Assembly: GCA_031553735.1 (NCBI GenBank)
Contig: JAVBLB010000007.1
Location: 30,348-94,347 of the forward strand
From: Candidatus Adiutrix sp.
Lineage (GTDB): Bacteria; Desulfobacterota; Desulfarculia; Adiutricales; Adiutricaceae
Direction: 5' to 3'
Length of the DNA stretch: 64,000 nucleotides
In this document: positions 36,013-45,057 of the stretch, piece after piece
Position numbering within the stretch: the stretch's first letter is position 1
How the letters are laid out: each line of letters opens with the position of its first letter
Translations under genes and position numbers: made by a program
Notes under the pieces: model-generated
The model's input: only the letters and a program-made list of their open reading frames with translations
What the model was told of the DNA's origin: nothing
Database searches by the model: none

Positions 36013-37305
36013 TCAGGCCCAGATATCCCAGCCCAGCTTGGTGGCGAAGACCAGCCCCACCAGGCAGACGGTGGCGTTGAGTTCCCGGAACCGGCCGGCG
36101 GCGGTCTTCATCAGCAGATAGACCAGCCAGGCCACGGCCAGGCTGTCGGAAATCTTCCACGACAGGCCGATGAGCACCACCACCAAAATGGCCGGGAAGG
36201 ATTCGGTGGCGTCTTTGAAGTCGATGCGGGTCAGGGGCTGCAGCATATACCAGCCCACCACCACCAGAGCCGGGGCCACGGCGGCGAAGGGAATGGCCAG
36301 AAACAGGGGCGAACAGAACAGGGCCAGGACGAAGCAGAGGGCGCAGACCAGGGCGGTCAGGCCGGTGCGGCCGCCCACGGCCACCCCGGTGCCGCTCTCG
36401 CCGTAGGCGGTGTTGGGGGAAATGCCCAGGCAGCTGCTGACGACCAGGGCCAGGGAATCGGCCACGAAGGCCCGGCCCAGTTTGGGGCGATAGCGCGCGG
36501 CCTCCTCTTCGCCCATGATGCTGAACAGGCCCAGAAAGCCGCCGAGGCTGTCGAAAATGGCGATGAAAAGGAAAATCAGCACCACCGAAAAGAAATCGAG
36601 GCTCCACAGACGGGAGAAATCGAACTGAAAAAACAGCGGAGCCGGGCTGGGCGGAAGGCTGAGCAGGCCGCCCTCGGAGGGCCAGACCGTGACCCCCAGG
36701 GGAAGGCCAATGAGGGTGGACAAAACGATGCCGGCCAGGACCGCATAACGGAATTTCACGGCCAAAAGCAGCGCGGTGATGAACAGGCCGATGAAAACCA
36801 GCTTGACCGCCGGCTCGTGAAGATTCCCCAGGGCCGGGAGCCCGCTGGTGAAGACCACCGCGTGGCTGTTGATCAGGCCGATGCCGGCGATGAGCAGCCC
36901 CACCCCGCCGCAGACGGCGTATTGGAGCGACGGCGGGATGTCGCGCAGAATCTTTTCCCGCAGCGACGACAGCGACAGCAGGAAGAACAGAACGCCGGCC
37001 AAAAGAACCGCGGCCACGGCCTGGGGCCAGGTGTAGCCCAGGGTCAGGATGACCACGAAGCCGAAAATGGCGTTGATGCCCATGCCCGGGGCCACGGCGA
37101 ACGGCAGGTTGGCGACCAGGGCCATGATCAGCGAGCCGGCGATGGCGGCCAGGGCGGTGGTCGTGAACAGGGCCTCCGGCGGCGCCCCGGTGTGGGCCAG
37201 GATGGCCGGGTTGGCGGCCAGCACATAGACCATGGCACAGAAGGTGGTGAGGCCGGCGGTGATTTCCACCAGGGGGGTGGTGTGGTGTTCCTTGAGTTTG
37301 AACAT
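36013..37305 (-). CDS. NCS2/AzgA-family purine (adenine/guanine/hypoxanthine-type) permease
   Basis: 430 aa from the ATG at 37305 (RBS GAAGGAAG; the track start at 37326 is a TTG). MFKLKEHHTTPLVEITAGLTTFCAMVYVLAANPAIL.., ..NLPFAVAPGMGINA.., ..TAYGESGTGVAVGGRTGLTA.. align well with my memory of E. coli AdeP/GhxP-type permeases. Confidence 0.85.
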   Translation of the reverse strand: MFKLKEHHTTPLVEITAGLTTFCAMVYVLAANPAILAHTGAPPEALFTTTALAAIAGSLIMALVANLPFAVAPGMGINAIFGFVVILTLGYTWPQAVAAVLLAGVLFFLLSLSSLREKILRDIPPSLQYAVCGGVGLLIAGIGLINSHAVVFTSGLPALGNLHEPAVKLVFIGLFITALLLAVKFRYAVLAGIVLSTLIGLPLGVTVWPSEGGLLSLPPSPAPLFFQFDFSRLWSLDFFSVVLIFLFIAIFDSLGGFLGLFSIMGEEEAARYRPKLGRAFVADSLALVVSSCLGISPNTAYGESGTGVAVGGRTGLTALVCALCFVLALFCSPLFLAIPFAAVAPALVVVGWYMLQPLTRIDFKDATESFPAILVVVLIGLSWKISDSLAVAWLVYLLMKTAAGRFRELNATVCLVGLVFATKLGWDIWA

Positions 37306-37414
37306 GGCGTCTTCCTTCGATTTCAAAGCTGGTAATGATGGCCCTGTTCAGGTCAGCCGTATGGAACTGTCGCGGGCTCGCACGGGGGCGGGGTTTTCGT
37401 CATCCGGGAGGCCC

Positions 37415-37463
37415 CAAAAAACGAAAACCCCCGGACGCCGCGCACAGAACGGCTCTCCAGGGG
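37415..37463 (-). terminator. Rho-independent terminator = expression platform of the cobalamin riboswitch
   Basis: In the mRNA sense: CCCCTGGA - 20-nt loop - TCCGGGGG followed by TTTTCGTTTTTT. It lies between the aptamer and the permease start codon. Confidence 0.6.
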
Positions 37464-37529
37464 GTCTTTACCTTCAACCACCTTGAATCACAGGGCGCCG
37501 GCGACCGGCCAGGGGTCGCGCGGAGCGGG

Positions 37530-37691
37530 TTCATCCGGTCTTCTGGCTTACGGATCGACCGGCCGACCGGCCTTCCCGGGTCTAAACGACCCAGTGGCTG
37601 GCCTTTCCCCTTCAGGAAAAGCCGTCGGCGACCGTCCCCGTTCACAGCGGCGGGTCCGCCACGGAATTGCACCGTGTTCCGGGAGGATGAA
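37530..37691 (-). promoter_or_regulatory. cobalamin (B12) riboswitch aptamer
   Basis: In the mRNA sense: P1 TTCATCC...GGATGAA. Conserved core: CCCGGAA..GGTGCAATTCCGTGGCGGACCCGCCGCTGTGAACGGGGA..., AGCCACTGGG...CCCGGGAAGGC, and the B12 box AAGCCAGAAGACCGGA (consensus rAGYCMGgAgaCCkGCc). Confidence 0.85.
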
Positions 37692-37698
37692 CGTATTT

Positions 37699-37726
37699 AT
37701 TATATCACAGCCGCCGGATATCACAA
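37699..37726 (-). promoter_or_regulatory. sigma-70-type promoter for the riboswitch-permease transcript
   Basis: In the minus-strand sense: TTGTGA - 16 nt - TATAAT, with the -10 ending 8 nt before the P1 helix. Confidence 0.6.
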
Positions 37727-37766
37727 GGCCGTTTCTTCGCGTTCAGCAATTCTCAAAGTAAAAGAA

Positions 37767-37846
37767 ATGGGGCTCCGCCCCAAACCCCGCCAGGGGGAAT
37801 TTCCCCCTGGCCCCCACCGAAACCGCCCCAAAGCGGGCGGTTTCGG
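37767..37846 (-). repeat. modular GC-rich palindromic intergenic repeat (family C), copy 2 (inverted relative to copy 1)
   Basis: The reverse complement reads CCGAAACCGCCCGCTTTGGGGCGGTTTCGG..CCAGGGGGAAATTCCCCCTGG..GGGGTTTGGGGCGGAGCCCC. These are the same modules as 20293-20428, minus a roughly 60-nt insert. Confidence 0.7.
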
Positions 37847-38105
37847 AAGGGTCAGGGATGAAAATTGTCTCTTGGCCGGGATGGAACAGGAACCGCACTT
37901 CCACTTTGAGAATTGCCGCTTCGCGTTTTCCAACGAACCCGGCTTCGGCGGTGAAATCCCCCAGCGCCCCGCCAATTGTGGTATTATAAAAAAATTATAA
38001 TTTATGGGCCGGAATGAACCGGGCGTCTCCGAGGCCGGATTTTTTGTCCGACGCGGGGCGCGCGGGTCATCGACGCCCGACATCCGGTGGAATCGAGGTG
38101 CCCTC

Positions 38106-39995
38106 ATGCGCTTGGGAAAAGGCGTCATCGCCCTGGTCGTTCTGTTGCTGGGTCTTTCGGCGGGCTGCTCCCCCCAGGAGAAGGCGGCCACCGGTTACGA
38201 CCCGGCCGACGTGGCGGTCATCAACCGGATTCTGCGGGACAACGACGCCCAAAACGGCTTTCTGGCCTCCCTCGGCTGGAAAATCGACCAACCCGACACC
38301 TGGCTCGCCTTCACCGACGAAACCCAGGAGCCCCCCGAGCGGATCCGCCTCGCCTGGATAAACCGGAAGCTGGACGTTCTGGAATTTTGCAATGCCCGAC
38401 TGACCGGCGTCATGGACCTGACCGGACTGACCACGCCGCGAACAGTGCAGTTCTACGCCAACGACCTGGAAGAAGTCAAGGGCCTGGAAGCCATGACCAA
38501 GCTGGAAACATTGTGGGTCGCCCACAGCAGGGTCCACAGCCTGGGCGACCTCTCCGGCCTTATTTATCTGAGGGATTTGATTATCCTGGCCAACCGGCTG
38601 ACCACAGTCGGCGATTTAAGCGGCCTGACCCACCTGGTCAGGCTGGACGCCTCGTTCAACCGGGAACTGACGAGCCTCGGCGACCTTTCCAAACTGACCC
38701 GCATGAGGCAATTGAACGTCGCCGTCAACAAACTGACCACTCTGGGCGACCTCTCCGCCATGAAGGATCTGTACAGCCTGGACGTATCATACAACCGGTT
38801 GACCGACCTCGGCGACCTCGGCGGGCTGCTCCGCCTGACCGAATTGAACGCCTCCATAAACGGGCTGCAAAACCTGAGGCGGCTCGACAACCTGGTGAAT
38901 TTGAAACGCCTGAATCTCCGCCAGAACCGCCTGGCCGACATCGGTGATTTGAGCCGGCTGACCGCTCTTGAGTGCGTGGATGTAGGGTTCAACCGCCTGA
39001 CAACCCTTGGAGACCTGAAAGGCCTGACCCGGCTGACCCACCTTGGCGTCGGCCACAACCAACTGACCGACCTGGGAGAACTGGGGGCCGACGATACGCT
39101 GGAGGAATTGGTCCTGAGCCACAACCAACTGACCGCCCTGCCCGATTTGACCGGGATGAAGGCTTTGAAGAAGCTGGTCGTCGCTGATAATCCCCTGGAG
39201 CAGCCCGATCCGATGAAGCGGCTGCCGGAAGGGGTTCTGGAAGACTTCGCCTTTTCCGGCGATCAGTTCCCGGAGCTCAGTCTGGCCGCCAAGCCCCTGG
39301 AAAGCCTCAATGAACTTGAGGTGAGAAAGTCCGACCGGATGCGGGATTGGGAGTTATTGCGGAGAATGGTGGCGAACAAGCCCGCCGACTTCAAGTGGGG
39401 TCCCGTTGTGGATGCCAAGATCAAGCAAGGCCCCCCGCCTCGGCTGCTGCAACGCCTCGACCTGTACGGGCGGCCTCTTAAAACACTGAATCTCGCCGAC
39501 CATGTCGCCGTCGACCTGATCGACAATCCCGGCCCGGTGGATCGGCTGGTCATCGGCGACGGCGGATACACGCTGACCGAGCTGGTCCAGCTGCACCGGA
39601 AACTGCGGCCGGCCATTCTGGACGTTATCAGCAGCCAGCATCCCCTCCTGGGCGACCTGAAGAAGCCGTTGAAGGCCGGGACGGCTTATACCCTGAAGCA
39701 ACTCAGCCCGCGCCTGGCGGCCGACTATCAGGCGGCGGGCGATACCGTAACACTGGTCGCCTGCGACAAATCCGGCGGGTTCTTCTTCTGGACCGACGAC
39801 TCGCTCAGGGACGAGTTTCTGAAGGCCAAGACCGAGTTGAACGAAATCCGGGCCGTTGACGCCTATACCTTCGAAAACGGCCGGATCACCTTCAACCGGC
39901 CGGGGGAATACCGTCTGGTGGTCGCCAGCGATTATATCGACGGCTTCGAATCCCCCGTCTTCGTGGCCTATGAAGATGTCCTCCGCGTTGAATGA
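38106..39995 (+). CDS. leucine-rich-repeat lipoprotein (internalin-like 22-residue LRRs)
   Basis: I start at the ATG at 38106: MRLGKGVIALVVLLLGLSAGC (lipobox LSAGC). At least 10 consecutive 22-aa repeats of the type L..L.v..N.LT.LGDLs.Lt. (about 38.5-39.2 kb), then a roughly 270-aa non-repeat C-terminal domain. Confidence 0.8.
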   Translation: MRLGKGVIALVVLLLGLSAGCSPQEKAATGYDPADVAVINRILRDNDAQNGFLASLGWKIDQPDTWLAFTDETQEPPERIRLAWINRKLDVLEFCNARLTGVMDLTGLTTPRTVQFYANDLEEVKGLEAMTKLETLWVAHSRVHSLGDLSGLIYLRDLIILANRLTTVGDLSGLTHLVRLDASFNRELTSLGDLSKLTRMRQLNVAVNKLTTLGDLSAMKDLYSLDVSYNRLTDLGDLGGLLRLTELNASINGLQNLRRLDNLVNLKRLNLRQNRLADIGDLSRLTALECVDVGFNRLTTLGDLKGLTRLTHLGVGHNQLTDLGELGADDTLEELVLSHNQLTALPDLTGMKALKKLVVADNPLEQPDPMKRLPEGVLEDFAFSGDQFPELSLAAKPLESLNELEVRKSDRMRDWELLRRMVANKPADFKWGPVVDAKIKQGPPPRLLQRLDLYGRPLKTLNLADHVAVDLIDNPGPVDRLVIGDGGYTLTELVQLHRKLRPAILDVISSQHPLLGDLKKPLKAGTAYTLKQLSPRLAADYQAAGDTVTLVACDKSGGFFFWTDDSLRDEFLKAKTELNEIRAVDAYTFENGRITFNRPGEYRLVVASDYIDGFESPVFVAYEDVLRVE

Positions 39996-42436
39996 CGTGT
40001 GACCCCTTGGGTGCAACGACTGGCGGACGGAGGGCGGGGTTGAAAAAAAGCGCCGAAACCCGCAACGCCGCCGTCAGCTTCGGCCTTCTCTTGGCTGTTT
40101 TCCTGACGGCGGGGCTGCTGGCGGGCTGCCGGAGCGAAAACCGGCCGGACGCCGGGGCGGCGGCGTTTTCGCCCCCCTCTCCGGTCGAGGGCTCCGAGCC
40201 CACCGGCCCGGTCTTCGAGCACCCCTATTCCGGCGACGAGCTTGAGGCCGTCGTGACCTTCGACTACCTCGTCGGGCCCGAGGGCGTCTCGTTTCACGGC
40301 CGCGCCCTTGAAGGCGGCCGACCGGGAGTGGACACGACCTCGTTTGAAGTGCTCAATCCCCACGTCGGCTACGCCCGGGATAAGAACCAGGTCTATTTCC
40401 GCGACCGGGTCGTCGAGGGCGCGGACCCGGCCGGCTTTCGGGTGCTGGCCCAGCGGCCCGTGGAGCTGGAACCCCTCTGGCGCTGGCGGCTGGGCCTGGC
40501 CGATCAGCCCCGCGCGCTGTATGCCCGCACGGCCATCGCCACCGACGGCCGCCGCATCTTCTTCGACGACCGCCTGATCGACGGCCTGGACGCGTTCAGC
40601 TTCGTCTACCTGGGCCAGTATCATCACGACCCGGGCTATGACGAACACGGTCGGCGGAACCCCTTCACGCCCTATCACCAGAACGACGCCTTTCTCTATA
40701 TGGACCGTCGCGGCGTCTATCTGGAGGAAAGCGATCACGGCCGGCCCGGTCTCCGGACCGGCGAAAGGTTGGTGTACCCCCTGCCATGGATCCGCATCGA
40801 TATGAGCGATGACCCCCGGCCGGAGGCCTTGCGGCCGCTGGGTTCCCGCGGCCTGTACACCGACGGCGACAACGTCTTTTTCCGCCAGTTCCGGGTCTGC
40901 GAATCCAAAAGCTATCAACCGCCCGCCGCCCCGGACGGCCTGTACGGCCTCTGTGGCGGCGAGGCGGTTTTCCAGAACCGCCCGGTCGGCCGCAAGCTCC
41001 GGGATTTCCGCACCCCGGTCCCCGCCGCCGACTACCTGGTCGCCGCCGACCGGATTTTTTTCCGCGACCTGCCTCTGGAGCCGCCGGCCGACCCGGCGAC
41101 CTTCGAAATCCTGGAACCCCACCGCCACTATGCCCGCGACCGGCACCGGGTTTATTATCAGAACAACCCCCTGGCTTTCGATCGTTTCCTGGATCTCGGC
41201 GGCCGGGAGGCCGGCCCGGAGGTCGACCCGGCCACCTTCGAAGCCCTGGGGCGTGAAGGGCTTTACGGCCGCGACGCGAACTGCCTCTATTATCAGGCTA
41301 AGCAAATCGCCTGCGGCCGGGCGGCCGAATCGCGCCTGATCGACGAAGGCGAACAGGCCATCGCCGCCGACGGGATCTCAGCGTTTCACGGGCCGCACCG
41401 GGTCGAGGGTTCCGACGGCCCCAGCTATGAGCTGCTGGGCTACATTCAGGACGGGCCCTTTCGCTTCAGCCCCCTGACCCGGGACCGGCACCGGGTTTAC
41501 TGGCGGGGTCGGCCGGTGGAAGGAGCCGACCCGGCCGGTTTCGAGATCCTCAGTGTTTCCGGATATGGCCGCGACGCCCGGCACGTCTATTTCCGAGACC
41601 AACGGCTCGACCAGGCCGACCCGGCCGGCTTTCGGCCGGTGCCCCCGGCCGACGAAGCCGAATACCTTCTGAGCCTGCGGGACGGGCCGGTGGGCGGGGA
41701 CGGAAATCATTATTGGCGCGGCGACCGCCGGCTGTATGATCTGGAGTATCGCCTGACCGACCGCCGGCTGGATTACCCGGCCGGGGAATACACCGTCATG
41801 CTCGGCTGGGAGGGCCCCACCCGCCCCGAGCCAGCCGGGGAACGGGAACGGCGGGCGGCCCGGGCTTTTCTGGAGCGCGAGTTGGGGGGCGAGCTTCTCG
41901 AAGCCCTGACCCTGCCCGGGAGCGCCCCCGGGGCCAGCCGCCCGGCCCGGCTGCTTCTGGGGCTGGTCGCCGGGGCGACGGCCGAGAACCCGGCCGGCGG
42001 CCTCGGCGGGCTGCTTGAAGAAATCAGGGTCGACGGCCTGCGGGCGGGCACACTCACCAACCAGGCCGGCTCCGACCGCGGCGCGATGTTCGAACGCCTC
42101 CGAACCGTGGATTACGCCGGACTGGAGCCGCCGGGCGGGCCTTTTTATCTGCACTATTCCCTGGCCCACCGGCCCCGGCCCGGGGTCGAGGTCCACCAGT
42201 GGTTGAGCCGGGTTTCCCCGTTGGGCGGCGCCCCCGAGGCGGACGGCCTGTTTGCCGTCCACCTGGTCGTCTGGCCCCTGCCCGGGGGAGAAGCCCGGCC
42301 GGCCGCGCGGGCGGTGATGCTGAGTTTTCAAGAGGTGGGCTGCTGGGCCGAGCTCGAAGCCTTCATGGACGAGGCCGAAGCCCGCAAGCTGCGGCTGTGG
42401 GCGGTCCGGGGCGACGGGCCCCCGGCGGAGGAATGA
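39992..42436 (+). CDS. DKNYY-repeat lipoprotein
   Basis: 4-nt overlap with the LRR gene. Signal/lipobox ..LLLAVFLTAGLLAGC. An in-frame TTG at 40040 with a GGAGGG RBS is an alternative start. Repeated motifs: YARDKNQVYFRDRVVEGADPAGFRVL, YARDRHRVYYQNN, GRDANCLYYQ, TRDRHRVYWRGRPVEGADPAGFEIL, GRDARHVYFRDQRLDQADPAGFRPV. Confidence 0.7.
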   Translation: MTCDPLGATTGGRRAGLKKSAETRNAAVSFGLLLAVFLTAGLLAGCRSENRPDAGAAAFSPPSPVEGSEPTGPVFEHPYSGDELEAVVTFDYLVGPEGVSFHGRALEGGRPGVDTTSFEVLNPHVGYARDKNQVYFRDRVVEGADPAGFRVLAQRPVELEPLWRWRLGLADQPRALYARTAIATDGRRIFFDDRLIDGLDAFSFVYLGQYHHDPGYDEHGRRNPFTPYHQNDAFLYMDRRGVYLEESDHGRPGLRTGERLVYPLPWIRIDMSDDPRPEALRPLGSRGLYTDGDNVFFRQFRVCESKSYQPPAAPDGLYGLCGGEAVFQNRPVGRKLRDFRTPVPAADYLVAADRIFFRDLPLEPPADPATFEILEPHRHYARDRHRVYYQNNPLAFDRFLDLGGREAGPEVDPATFEALGREGLYGRDANCLYYQAKQIACGRAAESRLIDEGEQAIAADGISAFHGPHRVEGSDGPSYELLGYIQDGPFRFSPLTRDRHRVYWRGRPVEGADPAGFEILSVSGYGRDARHVYFRDQRLDQADPAGFRPVPPADEAEYLLSLRDGPVGGDGNHYWRGDRRLYDLEYRLTDRRLDYPAGEYTVMLGWEGPTRPEPAGERERRAARAFLERELGGELLEALTLPGSAPGASRPARLLLGLVAGATAENPAGGLGGLLEEIRVDGLRAGTLTNQAGSDRGAMFERLRTVDYAGLEPPGGPFYLHYSLAHRPRPGVEVHQWLSRVSPLGGAPEADGLFAVHLVVWPLPGGEARPAARAVMLSFQEVGCWAELEAFMDEAEARKLRLWAVRGDGPPAEE

Positions 42437-42471
42437 GGGGAAAGATGGGGAGCGACTAGAACGCTTTTCTA

Positions 42472-42580
42472 TTTATTACTCCGGCAACTAAATAAGTCAC
42501 ACTCGCGATTTCGCCAAAGCCCAAAATCGCTGGACTTGGCCGTCCGAGAATCGACTTCGTCAGTTGCCGGGTTAATAATA
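42472..42580 (+). repeat. 109-bp hairpin-ended (MITE-like or structured-RNA) element, copy 2
   Basis: 3 substitutions relative to 11452-11560. It begins 36 nt after the stop of the DKNYY gene. One substitution (C to T) converts a mismatch in the terminal stem into a pair (CCGGCAACT/AGTTGCCGG). Confidence 0.8.
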
Positions 42581-42813
42581 CCAATTCTCCATCAAGACCG
42601 CTTTTATTTCGTCGGCCAAGTCAGCCAGGTGGGGCGGCCTGGGAATACTTCGGAGAGCGGCCGCGTGGGCTCCGACCGCGTCGCCGACGCAAAGTTTCGG
42701 AGGTCAGGGCCGTCGCCGACGGCGTGGCTGGGCAGCGGCCAATCGGAGAAGTATTCCCAGACCGCCTCACCGTGCGAATACCGATAACGCCATCATGAAG
42801 GAGAAATGGCACA

Positions 42814-42902
42814 AGCCTGTTCTCGGACGATCAATTTCAGCCAGACCATTTTTCGGCTACTCGTCAATTTATTGATCGAGGGCGCATGGCCCCATTCAAG
42901 GC
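42814..42902 (+). repeat. dispersed intergenic repeat family B, diverged copy
   Basis: AGCCTGTTCTCGGACGATCAATTTCAGCCAGACCATTTTTCGG...GCGCATGGCCCCATTCAAGGC. Confidence 0.55.
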
Positions 42903-42987
42903 TCGGCTCAAGCCCCAAAAAATAGCCCCAGTCCAACCGCTCCGCGAACGGTTGGACCGGAGCGCCGACTCAGCCGCCTCCCGCCGT

Positions 42988-45024
42988 TTACCCGCCGGGC
43001 CGGTAACCGCCCGCCCGGGACGAGGCCGGGCGCGCTTCGGTGACCGCGAAGCTGAGGCTGGCCCCCAGTTCCATCACGTCGCCCTCCTCCGTTCTCACCC
43101 GGCGGTCCTCCCGGTGGACCGACACCTTCGCCTCCCCGGCTCCGGCGGTCAGGGCCAGGGTCCGCATGTAGCCGGCCATTTTTTCCTCGGCGATGGCCGA
43201 CAGCTCATCCACCGAGTCGCCGTCGATCATCTCGCTGGGGAGGAACAGCCGGAAGCCCGCGAAGTTGGGCAACGAGTGGATCTCCACCTTGCGCCGCAGA
43301 TAGATGGGCGCGGCGGCCGCGCCGACCGCGCTGGCCGCGTCATACACCGGCGGCACGATGATCGTGCCCTTCAGCCGACGGCCGAGAAACGGCGCCAGGA
43401 CGGCGGCCGGGGCCCCCAAAAGCAGAATGCTGTCCTCCACGCCGAGTTCGACCCGGATTTTGCCCTTTTTCCCGCGCCCCAAGGGGCCGCTGAAAACCCC
43501 GGTTTCGGAAAACTCTTCGGGCTGGTAGTGAACCCCGTCCTGATCGAAGCCGTGGCAGATGATTTCCTCGGCCAACAGGCGGCCGAATTCCTCCAGCACC
43601 CGGAAAGCCACCTCCTCAGCGGTCAGCCGCAGCGAGCGGCCCAGAATTTCCGCCCCGATGCAGGCGGCTTCCCGCGAGCCCTGCCCATACAGCCCCAAAA
43701 CCGCCATGGCGTCGGTGGGAGTGAAGGCCGAAACCAGAATCGCCGGGTGCTTCAGGGCGTTCACCCCGCTGAAGCGCTGACCCCGCTGAAAGCAGGTTTC
43801 CGCATGGGTGGCCAGGGCCAGCGGAGTCTCCCGCTCCAAAGCCCGCAACAGCACGATTTCATCGTCGTTCAACCCGGAATCGGGGGGCGACCCGGGCAAA
43901 AAGAAGCACCCGGCCAGGGTGGCGCCCAGGCCCGATCCCCGCTGGTATTTCAGGGTCCGAACCACCTGGGGCCACTCATCCGCCAGGCGGCACAGGGGCA
44001 GAACCCGGCGCGGGCCCAGCGTCAGGTCGCCGGCTTTGCTCATGGTCACCAGGCTGTCGCCGCCCAGGCCCCGGGTGCGGGTCTCGACGGCCACGGTCAT
44101 GGTGTTCCAGGCGCCGACCCGGGCCCCGTTGGGATTGACCGCCGGGCGGCCATCCCGCACCAGGGCCAGATCCGTGGTCGTCCCGCCGATGTCCAGCACC
44201 CAGAGGTCTTTCTCCCCGGGGGTCAAGAGGCCCCGCCCCAGCGTTTTCGCGCCGACGAGGCTGGCGGCCGGCCCCGAAACCACGGTCTCGATGGGCCTGT
44301 CGCGGGCCCAGTCTTCGCTGACCAGGCTGCCGTCCCCTTTGACCACCATCAGCCGGGCCTTGAATCCGCAGCCTCTCGCCGCTTTTTTGACCGCCTCCAG
44401 AAGACGATTGATGACGCCGACCAGCCCGGCGTTCAGCGCGGCCGTGGCCGCCCGGCGAACGGCGTCGTATTCGCCCGTGAGATCCCGGCCCAGGGTGATC
44501 GGCTTTTGGGAAAGACTCCGAATGATGCGCGAGGCGGCCAATTCATGGGCGGGATTCTTGACGCTGAAAAAACCGGAGACGGCCCAGGCGGACACGTGCG
44601 GATCCAGCGTCCCGACCGCCGCCTCGATCGCTTCTTCGTCCAGGGGCTCTTCTTCCGTGCCGTAATAATCGTGGCTGCCGCGCACGAAGACGGATTCCAC
44701 CAGGGGCAGCTTCTGGACCAGCTGGCGCACGGCCTCCTGGTCGGCGTCATAACCCATCATGATCAGGCCCACCCGGCTGCTCACCCCTTCGGCGATGGCG
44801 TTGGTGGCCAGGGTCGTGGACAGGCTGATCTGGGTCACGGCCTCCCGCCCCCCGGGCCAATCCCGGGCGGCCAGCTTTTCCAGGGCCCGGGCGATGCCCA
44901 CGGAGAGGTCGTGGTGGGTGGTTTCGGCCTTGGCATACGCCGCGACCGTTCTGGTTTGCGGGTTATAGATCACCGCGTCGGTGTGGGTTCCCCCGGTATC
45001 GAGTCCTAAAGTCAAAGCGTTCAT
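42988..45024 (-). CDS. hydantoinase/oxoprolinase-family (ASKHA-fold) ATPase
   Basis: 678 aa. N-terminus MNALTLGLDTGGTHTDAVIYNPQT.., ..ISLSTTLATNAIAEG.., ..VLDIGGTTTDLALV.. (two actin-like phosphate-binding motifs). Confidence 0.7.
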   Translation of the reverse strand: MNALTLGLDTGGTHTDAVIYNPQTRTVAAYAKAETTHHDLSVGIARALEKLAARDWPGGREAVTQISLSTTLATNAIAEGVSSRVGLIMMGYDADQEAVRQLVQKLPLVESVFVRGSHDYYGTEEEPLDEEAIEAAVGTLDPHVSAWAVSGFFSVKNPAHELAASRIIRSLSQKPITLGRDLTGEYDAVRRAATAALNAGLVGVINRLLEAVKKAARGCGFKARLMVVKGDGSLVSEDWARDRPIETVVSGPAASLVGAKTLGRGLLTPGEKDLWVLDIGGTTTDLALVRDGRPAVNPNGARVGAWNTMTVAVETRTRGLGGDSLVTMSKAGDLTLGPRRVLPLCRLADEWPQVVRTLKYQRGSGLGATLAGCFFLPGSPPDSGLNDDEIVLLRALERETPLALATHAETCFQRGQRFSGVNALKHPAILVSAFTPTDAMAVLGLYGQGSREAACIGAEILGRSLRLTAEEVAFRVLEEFGRLLAEEIICHGFDQDGVHYQPEEFSETGVFSGPLGRGKKGKIRVELGVEDSILLLGAPAAVLAPFLGRRLKGTIIVPPVYDAASAVGAAAAPIYLRRKVEIHSLPNFAGFRLFLPSEMIDGDSVDELSAIAEEKMAGYMRTLALTAGAGEAKVSVHREDRRVRTEEGDVMELGASLSFAVTEARPASSRAGGYRPGG

Positions 45025-45057
45025 ATGGCACCTGAAAATGATGGGGAGTCGGCGGAA

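Noticed and set aside
37882-37897. TGGAACAGGAACCGCA upstream of the LRR gene as a sigma-54 promoter
   Set aside because: GG-N10-GC spacing is present, but the -12 element is CCGC rather than TTGC, and it lies over 200 nt from the start codon. This is too weak in GC-rich DNA.
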